Shown: one piece after another, positions 60,797 through 64,000 of the stretch
Layout of the letters: each line of letters begins with the position of its first letter
How positions within the stretch are numbered: position 1 is the stretch's first letter
Source: Podarcis melisellensis
Taxonomy: Eukaryota
NCBI GenBank assembly: GCA_964234715.1
Contig: OZ174275.1
Reading direction: 5' to 3' (one strand)
Length of the DNA stretch: 64,000 bases
Program-made: the position numbers and the translations under genes
The notes under the pieces: model-generated
The model's input: only the letters and a program-made list of their open reading frames with translations
Database searches by the model: none
What the model was told of the DNA's origin: nothing

Positions 60797-63454
60797 CAAA
60801 GGCTAGGAATATGGGGAAATATTTTGGAGCTGGCAGATTAACATTTTACATAATTTAATTGTGGTTTCTGTACATTGTGTCAAGCTCTATGACCCAAATG
60901 TTAAATCACCTGTTAGTGAATGTGACCCGTGATATATCTAGTAGCCATTTAAATGCTGTGCGATACAGAATTTTGTTGTGAATTTGCATATCATTTTACT
61001 GTTATCTAAGGTTTTATAGAAATATGGGGTTAAGAAGAAATAACATTTTAAATGTGGCTTGTTCTTATCCCCTACTTTTGCAAATGAATTAGTTTTTGGT
61101 AGAAACCATATCTGAGTGGCATTACCACTGGGAAGCAGGACATTTCATTCTTGCTCCAGTTTTAGGACCATTTCCCCACTGCCAAGACCACATAGAAGCT
61201 CAGTTATTGCTGTCAATCAGCTGATCTTTGGTTACAAGGAACCTCTTGGAATGTGAGCTTCCAGGACCGATCAGTTGATGGGTGCTGAAAGCACATCTTC
61301 AATTGAGGTTGCCGTAATCACTGATTAGGTGATTGGTGGTTACAGCAACCTTTGAGCCTTGATCATCCTATTGCTTCTGAACGTCATCTGAAGGTTTTGG
61401 AGAATGCTGAAGTTTCTAATGCAGCTAACTGAAACTATTTTAAAATAAAGAGCTTTGTGGTCCTCAGCATTGACCTGCAAAGCTCCTGCTGGCCAAGCGC
61501 CCCGACCTTGCTGCCACCTTGCCCTGCCCCATAGTCATCCCATTAAATGCAGTGCCACCACTGCCAGGGGAACACCACTGCCCCTCACAAGCCATCACAG
61601 GAAGCCATGGGTGGGACTTGCAAAAGACTAAGGCTGCTTCCAGATGGATGAATCCTGGTGCTACCTAGTCTTTCTTTTTCCATGGTAAGTCACAGTTTCC
61701 ACGCTATTGGAAGTATTGCACTTTTCCTATGAGTACATCCCACTAGTGCTTGTGGCATAGATGTTGTATGTGTGAAGGGGAAGGTCCAATTCACCTCTTA
61801 GCAGTCTTATGGAACTAACTGCATCTTCACCATAACCCTTGTGGTAGGCACAAAGCAGTCTCTGCATTGTTTGCCTAGTGTGGAAGCAGACTTACATCTA
61901 GTCTGGCCATGATAAAGTCAGGTGCCTTCACTAGCTGCATTTGGCTGCTCAGAGAGAGGAAACATGTTCCTTTTTCAAGCTTCTAGATCTCAGCAACTTG
62001 GCTTAGGTAGAGTCTTCCTTTCTGTATACAGACCATAGCAAGCACCAGGGCAATTTTCATCTGATTTTACTGAAATTATTGTAAGTTTAGTTCTTTAGCT
62101 TCTGTAGCTCCCTGGAAGTAATCATGATTATTTTAAAATGTTTTTGTTTTTTGTTTTAGAATACATAAAGCAACCCCTTTTAACGACTTTAAAAAAAACC
62201 ACACCAAACAAGCAGACAGTGATATAATAAATGAACCATCATTGATGTAATGTCAACTCTGACCTTCAGGTCTGTCTGATGCAGTTATGACAGTGACATT
62301 TATGGTAGCCTTAAATGAATTCTGCTGCTCAAAACATCATCACCGAGGGCTGCTAGCCTCGGAAGGAAAGTTGTTTGTACCAAGCCAGTCTTTGTTTCCT
62401 GAAGTCATAACAGTTTCAGTGAATGAGTAGCTAATCAAATCAACCAGGTTACTGCAGTAGCCCATCCAAGCTTATATTTCAACAAGACTCTAGAGAGAAA
62501 ATGCCCTTCTTGGACACAGACAGGCCATCAGCTTCAGCTTGGGATGGAGGTGGTGGGGTGAAATCTCTAAAAGCTTTTTAAAATGTGTTTTTGTAGGGAT
62601 TAGTCATTTCGGGATATTTCAGTAAGAGTGACGAAGGCAGTTGGCTGAGCTATACAGGTTCGTTTCATGAGATGCTAGGGAGATATTTTTTTCTCTCTCT
62701 CTCTTGTGGCACATCTTAGCTGGCTGGCTCTTTTAGTATCAGCAGAAAGTTCCCCAGACTCTTGCAAAACACTGAGGGGAGGGGGAATGGCCTGCAAAGT
62801 GTGTTTGGTGAAGGTTTTATCACTGTGTTATGATGTTGTGCATCATATGTTCCATCATTATCACGTCTGTAATGAAGTAGATGTCTGCGAAGCTGTTTAT
62901 TTTCTTAAAACTGACTTGAGCATGAAGTAAGCAGCCTGAGGACCAAAACAAGGAACAAGCATGCTATTTGAAGTCTCCTCCTTTCCTGAGGCAAACTGCA
63001 ATGGGTTATTCTTAATTTGATGTTTCCTTTTCTTGATTTTTTGTCCTATTCTGTTTATCATAGGACTTTGTCACCTACAATATAAAGTTATAATTTCAAT
63101 ATAAATCAAAACCCTACAGACCAATAGACCCACCTCCAGACTGGGGGAAGCACCTAGGTCACTGCTGCAACACTCAGCCTATGTGTAGAAACAAGTTACA
63201 ATATGAACTCAGAGTTTAAGATCTCCCTCAAAGACACTGCTCTGTGTCCCCTCACCATTTGAAATACCCGTGGGTTCTTGTCATTTTTTCAGGAGCAGGG
63301 AGAGGAGGCTCTTTTCGGAAGTACTTTGCAATTTCCTACCAGAAAGAATTTTCTCTTTCAATGGCTTTGTGTTTCCACGTTGAAGTGATTTTATTTTATT
63401 TCAGTGAGCTCTTGGATCACGCTGGGTTTGTTGAATATTTTGCTGAGGTTTTTT

Positions 63455-63600
63455 TGTTTGTTTGTTTGCTGGCTGAAGTTTGTTGTACTCCCTGATCCTG
63501 ATACCTGAAGGTCTCAAGGCAGTTTACAGAAAATATAAACATAAAAACCACAATATATATATACTCAAAATAAAAACAACAGCCCAATAACCCACCCCTA
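63455..63600 (-). mobile_element. L2-type 3' tail
   Basis: (tttg)n then gtactccc...gaaggtctcaaggcagtttacagaaaatataaac. Confidence 0.5.
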
Positions 63601-64000
63601 AAGTCGTCCCCTGATTCTGGTGTGGTTTTTTTGCATTGTTTCAACATTGTTTTGGTTAATTTCATTCTGGGCCTATGGCAGAGTCTGAACAACAACAGCA
63701 ACAATGTTAAATAAATTTTAAAAAACGCTGGGTGCACCATTCAAAAGGCACAAATCCAGACACCTGGAACTGCTTGTGCGCAATCCTATGCATTAGGTTT
63801 GTGGTAGCTCAGGGAATGGGGACCTGTGGTTACAACGTCCACCATCCCTGACCATTGACTATGATAAATGGTTGAAGGGCATTGAGATGCACCAGAATCT
63901 AGAGGTTCACAGGTTGCTTATCTCTGGTGTGTCTACTTGCAGACAGGTGTACACCAAGTCCTGTCTATGGTTAGATTCTTATAGGCCTCAGTTTCTCTCT

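Noticed and set aside
57576-64000. Next GALNT18 exon (expected NVYYTSSQQIHVG...)
   Set aside because: Not found; probably downstream of the window.

Overview
Eukaryotic, AT-rich genomic DNA from a squamate reptile, probably a lacertid lizard, judged from a Sauria SINE, a Bov-B 3' end and squamate L1/L2/CR1 and MITE families. The window appears to lie entirely inside one large + strand gene, GALNT18 (polypeptide GalNAc-transferase 18, Y-subfamily). Six internal coding exons are readable (184, 198, 115, 186, 138 and 96 nt, all AG/GT-flanked and phase-compatible, 917 nt in total). They encode most of the catalytic domain and the start of the ricin lectin domain. The flanking exons were not found, so 1-27644 and 57576-64000 are probably intron. 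The introns hold many transposon relics, several with readable target-site duplications (TSDs): Sauria SINE, Bov-B, truncated L1s, a large L2 fragment, CR1 ends, TA-flanked Tc1/mariner-pogo MITEs, hAT MITEs, a solo LTR, a 5S-derived SINE and Penelope-like termini with decayed hammerhead cores. I cannot support a novel biological system. The best leads are a degraded antisense coding-like fossil at about 14.75-16.63 kb, an AG|GTATGG recursive-splice-type junction at exon 7, the hammerhead relics and an exact 64-bp direct repeat. Most ORFs in the supplied track are spurious. Exon numbers and repeat family names come from recalled sequences, not from a search.
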